Shown here piece after piece: positions 1 through 9,453 of a DNA stretch of 48,202 bases. The notes beneath the pieces were generated by a model, which did no database searches, had not been told where the DNA came from, and was given only the letters and a program-made list of their open reading frames with translations. The stretch is taken from assembly GCA_044225505.1 (NCBI GenBank), contig JBGAIN010000044.1, forward strand, positions 1 through 48,202. The letters are read 5' to 3'. The position numbers and the translations under genes are program-made. Positions within the stretch are counted from its first letter, which is position 1. Each line of letters starts with the position of its first letter. This stretch comes from Limisphaerales bacterium. GTDB taxonomy: Bacteria; Verrucomicrobiota; Verrucomicrobiia; Limisphaerales; SIBE01.

Positions 1-101
1 GGAATCACGGAAGTCCTGTGTTATGGAACGGCGGTGTTTGTCGAAGTGGCAGCGCCGGGCGAGCGGACGTAAATTCCCGACTATTCAGTGAGACTCGTAC
101 T

Positions 102-839
102 ATGGCTGGACATAGCAAATGGGCAAAGGTGAAGCACTTCAAAGGTGCGCTCGATGCCAAGCGTGGTCGCATCTTTTCGAAGTTGTCCAAGGAGATCACG
201 ATTGCAGCGCGTCAGGGCGGAGCCGATCCCGACATGAATCCGCGCTTGCGCATGGTCCTGCTGAAGTGTCGGAGTGCGAACATGCCGTCCGACAACATCG
301 AACGAGCCATTAAACGTGGCGCGGGCGGGGGGGAAGGCGCGAACCTGGAAGAACTTACCTACGAGGTATACGGTCCGAACGGTGTCGCCATGTTGGTGGA
401 ACTAAATACGGACAATCGAAATCGGACGGCGGCAGAGATTCGAAGCATCTTAACAAAGAATGGCGGTTCGATGGCCAGCTCGGGCGCGGTCACTCGGTTG
501 TTTCAGAAAAAAGGGCAGATGATCGTTGCGCGCGAATTGGCAGGAGAAGATCAGTTGATGGAATTGGCTTTGGAGGCCGGCGCCGAGGATTTTCGCGCTG
601 AGCCAGAGGGATACGAAATTTTGACGGATCCGGCTCATTTCGAAACTGTGCATAAAAAGATGGAAGAGACCGGGATCAAATTTGCCGCAGCACAGGTGAC
701 GCCATTGCCCATGCTCACAGTCCAGGTCGTAGAGCCTACCGCCGTAGCCGCTGTTTCCCGGTTGATCGAATTGCTGGAAGAGCACGAAGACGTTAAAGAA
801 GTCTACACGAACGCGGAATTTGCCGACAACGCGACGTGA
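102..839 (+). CDS. yebC: YebC/PmpR family protein
   Basis: MAGHSKW...K N-terminus, NPRLR, NMPxDNIERAI, YEVYGPNG, TDNRNRT, C-terminal EDVKEVYTN. Start moved from 18 to ATG at 102. Confidence 0.95.
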   Translation: MAGHSKWAKVKHFKGALDAKRGRIFSKLSKEITIAARQGGADPDMNPRLRMVLLKCRSANMPSDNIERAIKRGAGGGEGANLEELTYEVYGPNGVAMLVELNTDNRNRTAAEIRSILTKNGGSMASSGAVTRLFQKKGQMIVARELAGEDQLMELALEAGAEDFRAEPEGYEILTDPAHFETVHKKMEETGIKFAAAQVTPLPMLTVQVVEPTAVAAVSRLIELLEEHEDVKEVYTNAEFADNAT

Positions 840-1021
840 ACACGGGGAATCTGTGCGAATGCCCTGAGAGCGACGCGTGGCGTTGGCCTGGCGGATCTCT
901 GGGTGCTTCCAACGCTGGATGCCGCCTCTGGTCGGCTCGCCCGGTTGATCGACTCGGTTATAGACAACGTTCTCGCGGACGTCGCATCGTCGCTATAGGC
1001 TGAAACCCAACCTTGCCCAGC

Positions 1022-3760
1022 ATGGCCGCGCTTTACGACTCGTTTGCCGCAAAGTTGTTGAAGCGTTTGGCGGGATGGGTCATCGCCTATCCCTGGCTTT
1101 TTAGCTACCCGCAGCTCGCGCTGCTTGCACTCTCCATTGTCTACACCGTTCGACACCTCGAGTTCGATAGCAGCCGCAATAACCTGGTCGGATCCGATAA
1201 GAAGTACCATCAAAACTATCTTCGCTACAAAGACGAATTCTCCGGAGAAGATGACTTGGTCGTCGTGGCGGAGAGCGAAGACAAAGAGAAAAACCGACAG
1301 TACGTTGAGCGACTAGGAAAACGACTTGAGGCAGAAACCAATCTCTTCACTGACACGTTCTACAAAGGCGATCTCAAAATGATGGGGCGGAAGGCCCTGC
1401 TCTTTCTCCCCGAAGATACACTGGCTGATTTGCAGAAAACTCTGAAAGAGTATCGCCCTTTTCTTCAAACCTTTGCGACGGCGACCAATCTCAATTCACT
1501 CTTCCGCCTGGTGAACTATCAGTTTCGGACGGCGAAGCGAGAGCAAAACGAAAGCACGGATTCTCTGGTCAAAGCGTTGCCCGCGTTAACCCGGATTGTC
1601 TCGCAAGCCTCGCAATCTTTGAACCGGCCTGGAACGTCGCCCTCCCCTGGCATTACCGCGCTTTTCAACGCCGAAGAGGAAGCTGAGCAGCAGCAATATA
1701 TCACATTCGCGCAAGGCCGAATCTATCTGGTTTCGTCGCGTGCCGTAAATCAACAGGGGGAGAAGGCGGTGGATCGGCTCCGCGAGTTGGCGCACGAAAC
1801 AGAAGCAGAAGTGCCCGGAGTTAACATTGGCATCACAGGTGAGCCAGTGCTGGAATTCGACGAAATGCGGCAGTCGCAGCGCGACTCGACCGTCGCGACG
1901 GTCGTGTCGCTCGTGCTCTGCGCGTTGATCTTCGTCTACGGTTACCGGGAAACCGGAAGGCCGATCAAAGCCACATTTTGTTTGATCGTCGGGCTGGGCT
2001 ATACGCTGGGCTATACGACGCTCACGGTCGGGCATCTAAATATTTTGACCGTTACCTTTCTCCCGATGCTGATCGGGCTCGCTATCGATTTCGGCGTGCA
2101 TCTCATCACGCGCTACGAGGAAGAACTGCGAACGGGAAAAGGAGAGCGCGAAGCCCTCGAGATAGCGATGGTTAACACTGGGCTCGGCATCTTTACAGGG
2201 TGCTTTACGACAGCGGGCGCGTTTTTCGCAATGAGTTTGACCAACTTCAAAGGCATTCAGGAGATGGGCGTGATCACAGGTGGCGGAATGCTCATCTGCT
2301 TGATTCCCATGATGACCCTGCTTCCTGTGCTCCTTTTGCGCGGCCACCAAAATGTGATGGATCGGCAACCGGCCACCGGCGTCGATCGCCGCGCGCGGCT
2401 GGAACAGACGTGGTTGCAGCGACCCGCCCTCGTTGTGGGAATAACCGCAGGGCTTTGTGGCTTGAGCTTGCTCGAATTCCGAAACGTCTATTTCGATTAT
2501 AACCTGCTGAATATGCAGTCGCGCGATTTGCCAGCGGTCGAGACGGAAAAGAAGCTGATCGATTCTGCGTCTAAATCGGTGCTATTCGGTGCGGTGGTGG
2601 CCGAGACTCTGCCGCAAGCTGCGGCCCTCGAATCCAAAATTACGAATCTCATTACAGTGGCGAGCATTGACTCAATGACGCCCTTCTTAAGTGGCGATCA
2701 AACGCGCAAGCTCGCACTCATCGAAGGCGTCAAGGAAGATGTTCAATCGATTCACTTCGCCGAAGCTGATCGCGGTCCGGTCAAAATCTCTGAATTGAGT
2801 CAGACGCTGCAGTATACCCAAGGCTATTTAGGCTTGGCTGCCGCCGAAACTACCAAAGCGGGTGAAAACGCGCTGAGCGAGCAGTTACGCTCCCTGCGCG
2901 CTGCTATCGGTGACCTTCGCCAACGCCTGGCCAACGGCCAGCCAAAGATCGTGGAACCTCGCCTCACCTCGTTCCAGGCGGCTTTGTTCGGGGATGTACA
3001 CGAAACCTTTGATACCCTTAAGCACCAGGATAATCGCTCCGGTTTGCAGATCGACGATTTGCCGATGCCCCTGCGAAACCGGTTCATTGGCAAAACCGGA
3101 AAGTACGTGCTGCAGGTGTATCCAAAGTCAAACGTTTGGGAACGGGCCAATCAAGAAGCGTTCGTGAGAGACCTTCGAACGGTCGATCCCAACGCGACCG
3201 GAACGCCGGTGCAACTCTACGAATACACTACCCTGCTAAAAGAGAGCTATCAGATGGCCGCCTGGTACGCTCTGGCAGCGATCGCGATCCTCGTCTTGAT
3301 CCACTTTCGGACGATCTCCAGCGTCATCCTCGCGCTGTTGCCCGTTGCCGTGGGAACCACCTGGACGGTCGGGCTAATGGGCTTACTTGGGATCCCTTTC
3401 AACCCGGCAAATATCATGATTCTACCGCTCGTCATAGGAATCGGCGTGACGAACGGAATTCACATCTTGAATCGGTTTGCGGAAGAACAAAACCCGAGCA
3501 TCCTGTCGAAGAGCACCGGGAAGGCGGTCCTTGTGTCGGCGCTGACAACAATTGCAGGATTTGGCAGTCTGATCCCAGCGAAACACCAAGGGATCGCGAG
3601 CTTGGGGATCGTGATGTCGATCGGGGTTGGAGGGTGCATGTTGGCGGCCCTGACTTTCCTGCCGGCCCTGTTGAACTTGTTGATGGAACGCGGTTGGAAA
3701 ATGAAAAAACCCAGTGGCGACAATGCACGATCGACACTGGGTCGGGAGGAACCGAGGTAA
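1022..3760 (+). CDS. MMPL/RND family transporter, HpnN (hopanoid transporter)-like
   Basis: Two RND halves, each TM + large periplasmic domain + 5 TMs; motifs GITGEPVL, IGLAIDFGVH, TGTPVQ, IGIGVTNGIH, SALTTIAGFGSL. Start either TTG 1013 or ATG 1022. Confidence 0.85.
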   Translation: MAALYDSFAAKLLKRLAGWVIAYPWLFSYPQLALLALSIVYTVRHLEFDSSRNNLVGSDKKYHQNYLRYKDEFSGEDDLVVVAESEDKEKNRQYVERLGKRLEAETNLFTDTFYKGDLKMMGRKALLFLPEDTLADLQKTLKEYRPFLQTFATATNLNSLFRLVNYQFRTAKREQNESTDSLVKALPALTRIVSQASQSLNRPGTSPSPGITALFNAEEEAEQQQYITFAQGRIYLVSSRAVNQQGEKAVDRLRELAHETEAEVPGVNIGITGEPVLEFDEMRQSQRDSTVATVVSLVLCALIFVYGYRETGRPIKATFCLIVGLGYTLGYTTLTVGHLNILTVTFLPMLIGLAIDFGVHLITRYEEELRTGKGEREALEIAMVNTGLGIFTGCFTTAGAFFAMSLTNFKGIQEMGVITGGGMLICLIPMMTLLPVLLLRGHQNVMDRQPATGVDRRARLEQTWLQRPALVVGITAGLCGLSLLEFRNVYFDYNLLNMQSRDLPAVETEKKLIDSASKSVLFGAVVAETLPQAAALESKITNLITVASIDSMTPFLSGDQTRKLALIEGVKEDVQSIHFAEADRGPVKISELSQTLQYTQGYLGLAAAETTKAGENALSEQLRSLRAAIGDLRQRLANGQPKIVEPRLTSFQAALFGDVHETFDTLKHQDNRSGLQIDDLPMPLRNRFIGKTGKYVLQVYPKSNVWERANQEAFVRDLRTVDPNATGTPVQLYEYTTLLKESYQMAAWYALAAIAILVLIHFRTISSVILALLPVAVGTTWTVGLMGLLGIPFNPANIMILPLVIGIGVTNGIHILNRFAEEQNPSILSKSTGKAVLVSALTTIAGFGSLIPAKHQGIASLGIVMSIGVGGCMLAALTFLPALLNLLMERGWKMKKPSGDNARSTLGREEPR

Positions 3761-3767
3761 AAACCTC
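3704..3767 (-). ncRNA. Candidate small RNA (~64 nt) with CCUCC single-stranded region, antisense to the 3' end of the MMPL gene
   Basis: Minus strand reads GAGGU-UUUU-ACCUC hairpin, then GGUUCCUCCCG, then ACCCAGUG...CACUGGGU stem + U6. Its 5' end falls 12 nt after a sigma54-like -12 box. Confidence 0.5.
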
Positions 3768-3777
3768 AAGTACGAAC

Positions 3778-3793
3778 AGAAAATATCGTGCCA
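3778..3793 (-). promoter_or_regulatory. sigma54-like promoter (-24/-12)
   Basis: TGGCACGATATTTTCT on minus strand: perfect -24 box, with TC instead of GC at -12 at canonical GG-N10 spacing. Confidence 0.5.
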
Positions 3794-4016
3794 GAACCTA
3801 AAGTCAAACCGAAAATGGATAAAAAGGGCAAAAATGGGCGTGGAAGGCGGCTTACAGCCAAATCTCTAACGTTATCGTAACTCGTCGTCTCGTGGAAAAT
3901 AATGGCTTTCTCCAAATATGGACAGGTCGCTGGCCCGTTTTGCTGGCGCTTTTGGCCATTGCGAATCCGCTGAAATATCTCCGTTAGCCCATCGAACCAT
4001 GCTCAAATCGGGTGGC

Positions 4017-5504
4017 ATGCAATTCCGAGTCATCTTAGTCAGTTGCCTGATTTCCATGGCAATGACCTTAGGGGCGCTCGCCGAAGAGTTAAACGATTTC
4101 GGGCCGGCTTATGATCACTTTTCGCTCACGTTAGAAAAAGGGGCTCGGACGGAGGCGGTGGGGCCCTTTTACAATGCTCAACGATCGGAAACAGAAGTGA
4201 CGTGGGCGGTCCCGCCTCTCTTCTCGAGCCGGCGCGACTCGGTGACGGATTTCTTTGAGTTCGACTTCGCTTACCCGCTCGTTACCTATGACCGGTTCGG
4301 GCTGGATTATCGGATCCAATTCTTGCAGTGGTTCAACTATTCGGGCGGGTCTACCATGGACGAAACGGCCAAACGCCGCCTGACACTCTTTCCCTTCTAC
4401 TTTCATCAACGGTCCAGCGACACGAATCAGAACTATACAGCCGTGGTGCCTTTCTACGGGCACCTGGTAAATCGATTTTTCAGGGACGAAATCTCCTTTG
4501 TCATGATGCCAGCGTATGTCCAGACGCGGAAAAAGGACGTAGTGACGGAGAACTATCTCGCGCCGTTCTTCCACGTGCGCCACGGCGAGGGACTGCGCGG
4601 TTGGCAATTCTGGCCTTTGGTTGGGCGCGAACACAAGAGCGTAACGACTCGAACAAATCAATACGATGAAGTGGAAACAATCGGCGGACATGACAAGACG
4701 TTTATCTTCTGGCCGTTTTTCATCCACAATGACCTGGGCCTCGGGACGACCAATGTGCAGACCCAGCGCCTCTCCCTGCCGTTCTATAGCGCTCAGCGTT
4801 CCCCTCTCAGGGATACCACCAGTTACCTTTGGCCTTTGGGATTCACCTACACGGTGGATCGTGAACGAAAATACCGCGAGTGGGCGGCGCCATGGCCCTT
4901 TATCGATTTTGCGCGCGGCGAAGGCAAAACCCTGAACCGGATTTGGCCGTTCTTCAGTCGTGGCAAGACGCCAACCCTGGAGAGTGACTTTTATTTATGG
5001 CCGATTTACCGCTATTCGCATTTCGTTGCGGAACCGCTCGACCGGGAGCGAACCCGGATTCTTCTCTTTCTCTATTCTCATGTGGTGGAACGTAATAGTG
5101 GAACTGAAACCGCCATGGAGCGAACCGATCTATGGCCGTTTTTCACCTCCCGGAAAGATCACAACGGCAACCGACGGCTGCAGGTGTTGTCTATCGTGGA
5201 ACCGTTACTGCCCGGGAGTACAGGGGTCCAACGCAACTACTCGCCCCTTTGGTCGATTTGGCGTTCCGAAAGCAACGCCAAGACCGGTGCGAACAGTCAG
5301 TCAGTACTTTGGAACCTCTATCGGCGCGAGAGTTCACCCGAGTCTAAAAAGTGCTCGCTCTTGTTTGGCCTTTTCCATTATCAATCCGGACCAGAAGGGC
5401 AACGTTGGCGCCTATTCTATATTCCCTTCGGCAAGAAGAAGGAGGGTGAAACGACCGTGCCAACGGCGCGCGTAACTGGTTCATATGTTCCAGAATATCG
5501 GTGA
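4017..5504 (+). CDS. Uncharacterised secreted protein with ~20 aromatic (L/F)(W/Y)P(F/L)(F/Y) repeats; probable outer-membrane/periplasmic beta protein
   Basis: Signal-peptide-like MQFRVILVSCLISMAMTLGALA. Repeated motifs VGPFY, LFPFY, FWPLV, FWPFF, PWPFI, IWPFF, LWPIY, LWPFF. 3' end overlaps mlaE by 20 bp. Start uncertain (3918/3999/4017). Confidence 0.8.
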   Translation: MQFRVILVSCLISMAMTLGALAEELNDFGPAYDHFSLTLEKGARTEAVGPFYNAQRSETEVTWAVPPLFSSRRDSVTDFFEFDFAYPLVTYDRFGLDYRIQFLQWFNYSGGSTMDETAKRRLTLFPFYFHQRSSDTNQNYTAVVPFYGHLVNRFFRDEISFVMMPAYVQTRKKDVVTENYLAPFFHVRHGEGLRGWQFWPLVGREHKSVTTRTNQYDEVETIGGHDKTFIFWPFFIHNDLGLGTTNVQTQRLSLPFYSAQRSPLRDTTSYLWPLGFTYTVDRERKYREWAAPWPFIDFARGEGKTLNRIWPFFSRGKTPTLESDFYLWPIYRYSHFVAEPLDRERTRILLFLYSHVVERNSGTETAMERTDLWPFFTSRKDHNGNRRLQVLSIVEPLLPGSTGVQRNYSPLWSIWRSESNAKTGANSQSVLWNLYRRESSPESKKCSLLFGLFHYQSGPEGQRWRLFYIPFGKKKEGETTVPTARVTGSYVPEYR

Positions 5505-6228
5505 GATGATAATGCTGTTTTGGCGGACGCTCCAGGCGTTGCCGAAAGCATGGCGTCAGCGCGCGAAAGTGCTCGAGCAATTGTTCGAGATCGGAAACGC
5601 GAGCTTGCTGATGGCCTGCATTCTGTCTTTGTTTATTGGGGGGGTCATCGCTCTTCAAACAGGTCCTGTTCTGGCGGAACGTGGTTTGGCCAGCTCCATT
5701 GGCGGACTAGTCGGGCTCTCCATGTGCAAGGAGTTAGCCCCAGTGATGATGGCCGTCTTGATCGCCGGGCGCATCGGCTCTGCGATGTCTGCGGAGATCG
5801 GGTCCATGCGCGTTTACCAGGAGATCGACGCATTGCGGACGATGAACATCAGCCATATCGATTACTTGGTCATGCCCCGGCTTTTGGCGATCAGCTGCGC
5901 AATGCCCGTGCTCGTGATCTTCTCAATTCTGGTCGGCTGGGTGGGCGGAGCCATCGTCTCGCGGGTGAATCACGACGTGGCGATCTCGTTTCAAGCTTTC
6001 TTCAGCAACCTGCGCCAGGTTGTCGACGTAAACGATGTCTTGAATGGCATGATCAAGAGCTTTGTATTTGCGGTCGTGATCGGGGTCGTCTCGTGCCATC
6101 AAGGTCTTCAAACCATTGGCGGCCCGCGCGGTATCGGCCGATCTGTCACCAAAGCGGTGGTGAATTCGATCGTTATAATCCTAATCCTAGACTATTTCCT
6201 GACGCGATTTCTGCTCTACTTTGACTGA
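5485..6228 (+). CDS. mlaE: MlaE family lipid ABC transporter permease
   Basis: KELAPVMMAVLIAGRIGSAMSAEIGSMRVYQEIDALRTM, PR, G..GIGRSVTKAVV. Confidence 0.93.
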   Translation: MFQNIGEMIMLFWRTLQALPKAWRQRAKVLEQLFEIGNASLLMACILSLFIGGVIALQTGPVLAERGLASSIGGLVGLSMCKELAPVMMAVLIAGRIGSAMSAEIGSMRVYQEIDALRTMNISHIDYLVMPRLLAISCAMPVLVIFSILVGWVGGAIVSRVNHDVAISFQAFFSNLRQVVDVNDVLNGMIKSFVFAVVIGVVSCHQGLQTIGGPRGIGRSVTKAVVNSIVIILILDYFLTRFLLYFD

Positions 6229-6992
6229 TGGACGACCGTCTTCCCAGTTTAACGGGCGTCAGTGTCCAAGTGCGTGGCCTACGCAAGAGCTTTAACCGGC
6301 AGCTAGTGCTTCAAGGCATCGACTTGGACGTCGCCCCGGGAGAAATGTTCGTTCTCATGGGCCCGAGCGGCAGCGGAAAAACGATTCTCTTAAAGCACAT
6401 CATAGGTTTAGAAACGGCCGATGCCGGGGAAATCCTGATTAATGGAGAATCGATCGGGCTAGGAACATTGGGACAGAAATATCGATTGGCGATGGTATTT
6501 CAATCGGGAGCCCTGCTTAACTCGCTGACGGTTGGAGAAAACGTCGGACTTTACCTCCGCGAGCACCGACTCCGGAGCGAACGTGAGATCGAGCGTATTG
6601 TTGCGGACAAATTAGCGTCGGTTGGCCTGAAGGGGCTTGAGGCGAGGTATCCTAGTGAGCTTTCGGGCGGAATGAAGAAACGGGTGGCGCTGGCCCGGGC
6701 GTTAGTCATCGAACCGCAGCTCATATTGTTTGATGAGCCAACCAGCGAATTGGACCCATTAATGGCTGTGACGATCGGAGAGGAGATCTTGGGATTGCGC
6801 GACCGCATTCATGTGACTTCGATGGTGGTCACCCATGACCGCGATTTGGCATTCGGCATCGCCGATCGAATCGCGATCATTAACGACGGGAAGATTCTGG
6901 CGGTTGGGACGCCAGCCCAAATTCGAGCGCATCCCGAGCCTTTGATTCAAAAGTTTCTGACTGTCGAACTTCATAATTCACGTCAACCATGA
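6228..6992 (+). CDS. mlaF: MlaF family ABC ATP-binding protein
   Basis: Walker A GPSGSGKT, FQSGALLNSLTV, ELSGGMKKRVALARAL, FDEPTSELDP, VTHD. Translationally coupled to mlaE and mlaD. Confidence 0.92.
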   Translation: MDDRLPSLTGVSVQVRGLRKSFNRQLVLQGIDLDVAPGEMFVLMGPSGSGKTILLKHIIGLETADAGEILINGESIGLGTLGQKYRLAMVFQSGALLNSLTVGENVGLYLREHRLRSEREIERIVADKLASVGLKGLEARYPSELSGGMKKRVALARALVIEPQLILFDEPTSELDPLMAVTIGEEILGLRDRIHVTSMVVTHDRDLAFGIADRIAIINDGKILAVGTPAQIRAHPEPLIQKFLTVELHNSRQP

Positions 6993-7960
6993 GAAACACC
7001 TTGGAAACCCGTCTGGGCATCTTCTTCGCCCTGGCTTTTGTGGCTGCAATTATCATCTTCGAGATGGTTGGAGGGCTGGACGTCTTCAAAAGCGGTCATC
7101 GGTTTCGCGCGCGATTTGCCAGCGTGCAAGAGCTTAAGGTGGGCGATCCAGTGCGTATGGCAGGGGTTGATGTGGGCCGGGTCGAAAAGATCGACTTCGC
7201 TGAAACCAAGGTCGAAGTCACGATGAAAGTGCAAGAACGAGCCAAAGTGCGCACCGATAGCAAGGCAAGCATCCGCTTTGTCGGATTGATGGGGCAGAAT
7301 TACATCGCCCTGGACTTTGGAACTGCGCGGGCGCCGGCGGCAACGCCTGACACCTTGCTCGAGAGTGTTGAACAGCCTGATTTGAGCACAATTCTCTCGA
7401 AGTTGGACAATGTGGCCACGGGTGTTGAAGGGCTGACTAAGAGCTTTGCTGGCGACAATATCAACAATCTGCTGGGACCCTTTACGGACTTTTTAAAAGA
7501 AAACAACCCGCGCCTGACCGCGATCCTGGGCAATCTTCAAACGATCTCTTCGCAGATAGCTCAAGGGCATGGGACCGTAGGAAAACTGATCAACGATGAT
7601 CAACTTTATAACTTGGCTGTAAATGCGGTGACCAATCTCAACAGCACGGCCGACGAACTCAAACTAACAATCTCTCAAGCACACGGGATCGTCGACCAAG
7701 TCAATCAAGGACAGGGGACGCTGGGGCGACTGGCTAAGGACGATTCGCTTTTCCGCGAGACGACTAACGCTATGACTAACTTGCGAGAGATCTTTCAGAA
7801 GATTAACCAGGGCCAAGGTTCGGTCGGCAAGCTCGTCAACGACGAGACCCTTTATAAGAATGCCCGGATGACTCTGCAGAAAGTCGACAAAGCCACGGAG
7901 GGCCTGGAAGATCAAGGGCCGCTCAGCGTGCTTGGAATTGCTGTGGGAAGTCTATTCTGA
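6989..7960 (+). CDS. mlaD: MlaD/MCE domain protein with long helical tail
   Basis: N-terminal TM, MCE motif LKVGDPVRMAGVDVGRV...GLMGQNYIAL, then three G(H/Q)G(T/S)(V/L)G(K/R)L..D..L(Y/F) repeats. Confidence 0.92.
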   Translation: MRNTLETRLGIFFALAFVAAIIIFEMVGGLDVFKSGHRFRARFASVQELKVGDPVRMAGVDVGRVEKIDFAETKVEVTMKVQERAKVRTDSKASIRFVGLMGQNYIALDFGTARAPAATPDTLLESVEQPDLSTILSKLDNVATGVEGLTKSFAGDNINNLLGPFTDFLKENNPRLTAILGNLQTISSQIAQGHGTVGKLINDDQLYNLAVNAVTNLNSTADELKLTISQAHGIVDQVNQGQGTLGRLAKDDSLFRETTNAMTNLREIFQKINQGQGSVGKLVNDETLYKNARMTLQKVDKATEGLEDQGPLSVLGIAVGSLF

Positions 7961-8005
7961 GGTATTTCTACGGGCCATAACTCCGGCTCAAGACCGAAAG
8001 AAACC

Positions 8006-9049
8006 TTATCCAGGTCGAGACTCTGCCAGATCCGCAAGCTTTCGCGCGGCCTTGCCGCTGTCAATCAATTCAGCGGCCAAATCCCAGCCGTCGAGAACCG
8101 TCTTCGTCCGGCCAGCGATAAACAGTGCCGCTCCGGCGTTAAGCAAAACAGCGTCTCGCTTTGGGCCACGTTCATCACCTTTTAATAGACGGCGGATCGT
8201 CGTGGCGTTCATCTCTCGATCGCCTCCCGCTAAATCTTCGAGGCGTGCCGGGCCAAGGCTAAATTGCTCCAAGGCCGTTCGACTCACGGTAAAGGCGCGA
8301 TCCTGGTAAAATTCGGCGATGGTGTTTTCACCGAGAATAGAGAGTTCGTCCAATCCTCCTTTGGCAGTCTGGCCGCAGACCACCATCCCTCGCCGGGCGC
8401 CTAAGGACTGCAGAACGCGCCCGATGGGTTCGCATAAGTCCGGTGCTGGAACGCCGACCAGTTGGACGGTGGGTCGAGCTGGGTTGAGTAGGGGGCCAAG
8501 GATGTTAAAGACCGTGCGCTGACCTCGCTCGGCACACAGCTTCCGGGCTGGAACGATATGGCGAAAGCTAGGATGATACCGTGGGGCAAAGAAAAACGCG
8601 AAATGGTGTTCGCGCAACGATTTGGCCGCTTGATCGGGAGTCAGATCGATCGGCACGTTCAGACTTTCCAGGACGTCCGCACTTCCTGATTGCGACGTAA
8701 TAGCTCGGTTCCCATGTTTTGCGACTCGGACCCCCGCGGACGACACAATCAACGCGACGGTGGTTGAGATGTTGAAGGTATTGAGACGATCGCCACCCGT
8801 GCCACAAACGTCTAGAAGTTCCTCCGTTGCAGGCAATTCGAAGGGCGGTCGCAGTGCCCTATCCCGCAGTTCTCGCGCAAAACCAGCGATTTCTTCGATG
8901 GTCTCCCCCTTTTTTGCCAGCGCCGTCAGGAACTCTGCCTTCGCCTCGACAGAAACACTCTCCTCAATCAAAGCGCGAACGGCATCGGCGATTTTCGCGG
9001 GCGAGAGAGAGACCGATCTCTGGAGTTCTGTCGTTAGACTGGTTAACAC
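8006..9049 (-). CDS. trpD: Anthranilate phosphoribosyltransferase
   Basis: DVCGTGGD, FNIST, KHGNRAITSQSGSADVLE, RTVFNILGPLLNP, LDELS. Confidence 0.95.
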   Translation of the reverse strand: MLTSLTTELQRSVSLSPAKIADAVRALIEESVSVEAKAEFLTALAKKGETIEEIAGFARELRDRALRPPFELPATEELLDVCGTGGDRLNTFNISTTVALIVSSAGVRVAKHGNRAITSQSGSADVLESLNVPIDLTPDQAAKSLREHHFAFFFAPRYHPSFRHIVPARKLCAERGQRTVFNILGPLLNPARPTVQLVGVPAPDLCEPIGRVLQSLGARRGMVVCGQTAKGGLDELSILGENTIAEFYQDRAFTVSRTALEQFSLGPARLEDLAGGDREMNATTIRRLLKGDERGPKRDAVLLNAGAALFIAGRTKTVLDGWDLAAELIDSGKAARKLADLAESRPG

Positions 9050-9392
9050 AGGCTGTGAATCTAATCGGCCGTCGCGAGACCGTCGAGGGGCGAATCGTCA
9101 GTGTGCGGTAAGGCGACTGTAATCGAGGCAAGACTCACAGAAGGGCTGGAATCTGAAATTGCAGAGAGGCCCGACAGCTGAAGTGAAGCGCGTGCTTGAG
9201 TAGCAAGTGTGGCGTGAGACATGACGAAACCGTGAGGAATTGCCCCGGGATAGATCTAATCAACGTCGCGTTTTGAAATGAATTGCCTGCGGCCTAGGAA
9301 GTTGCTAAAGGACTAAGCTCTGGTGCTGTAGGCGGCATAACAACGGAATTTGAAACAAAACCCTGCCATAGGTGTCTTTGCCTTGGACGAAG

Positions 9393-9408
9393 TGGCACCT
9401 GCGCTTCT
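9393..9408 (+). promoter_or_regulatory. sigma54-like promoter upstream of VTC-domain gene
   Basis: TGGCACCTGCGCTTCT: -24 TGGCAC and a TC variant at -12, 46 bp before ATG 9454. Confidence 0.4.
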
Positions 9409-9453
9409 GGACTCATTGAGGGTTTGCTCAGAGAGCGAACCGACTGGTTGAAC

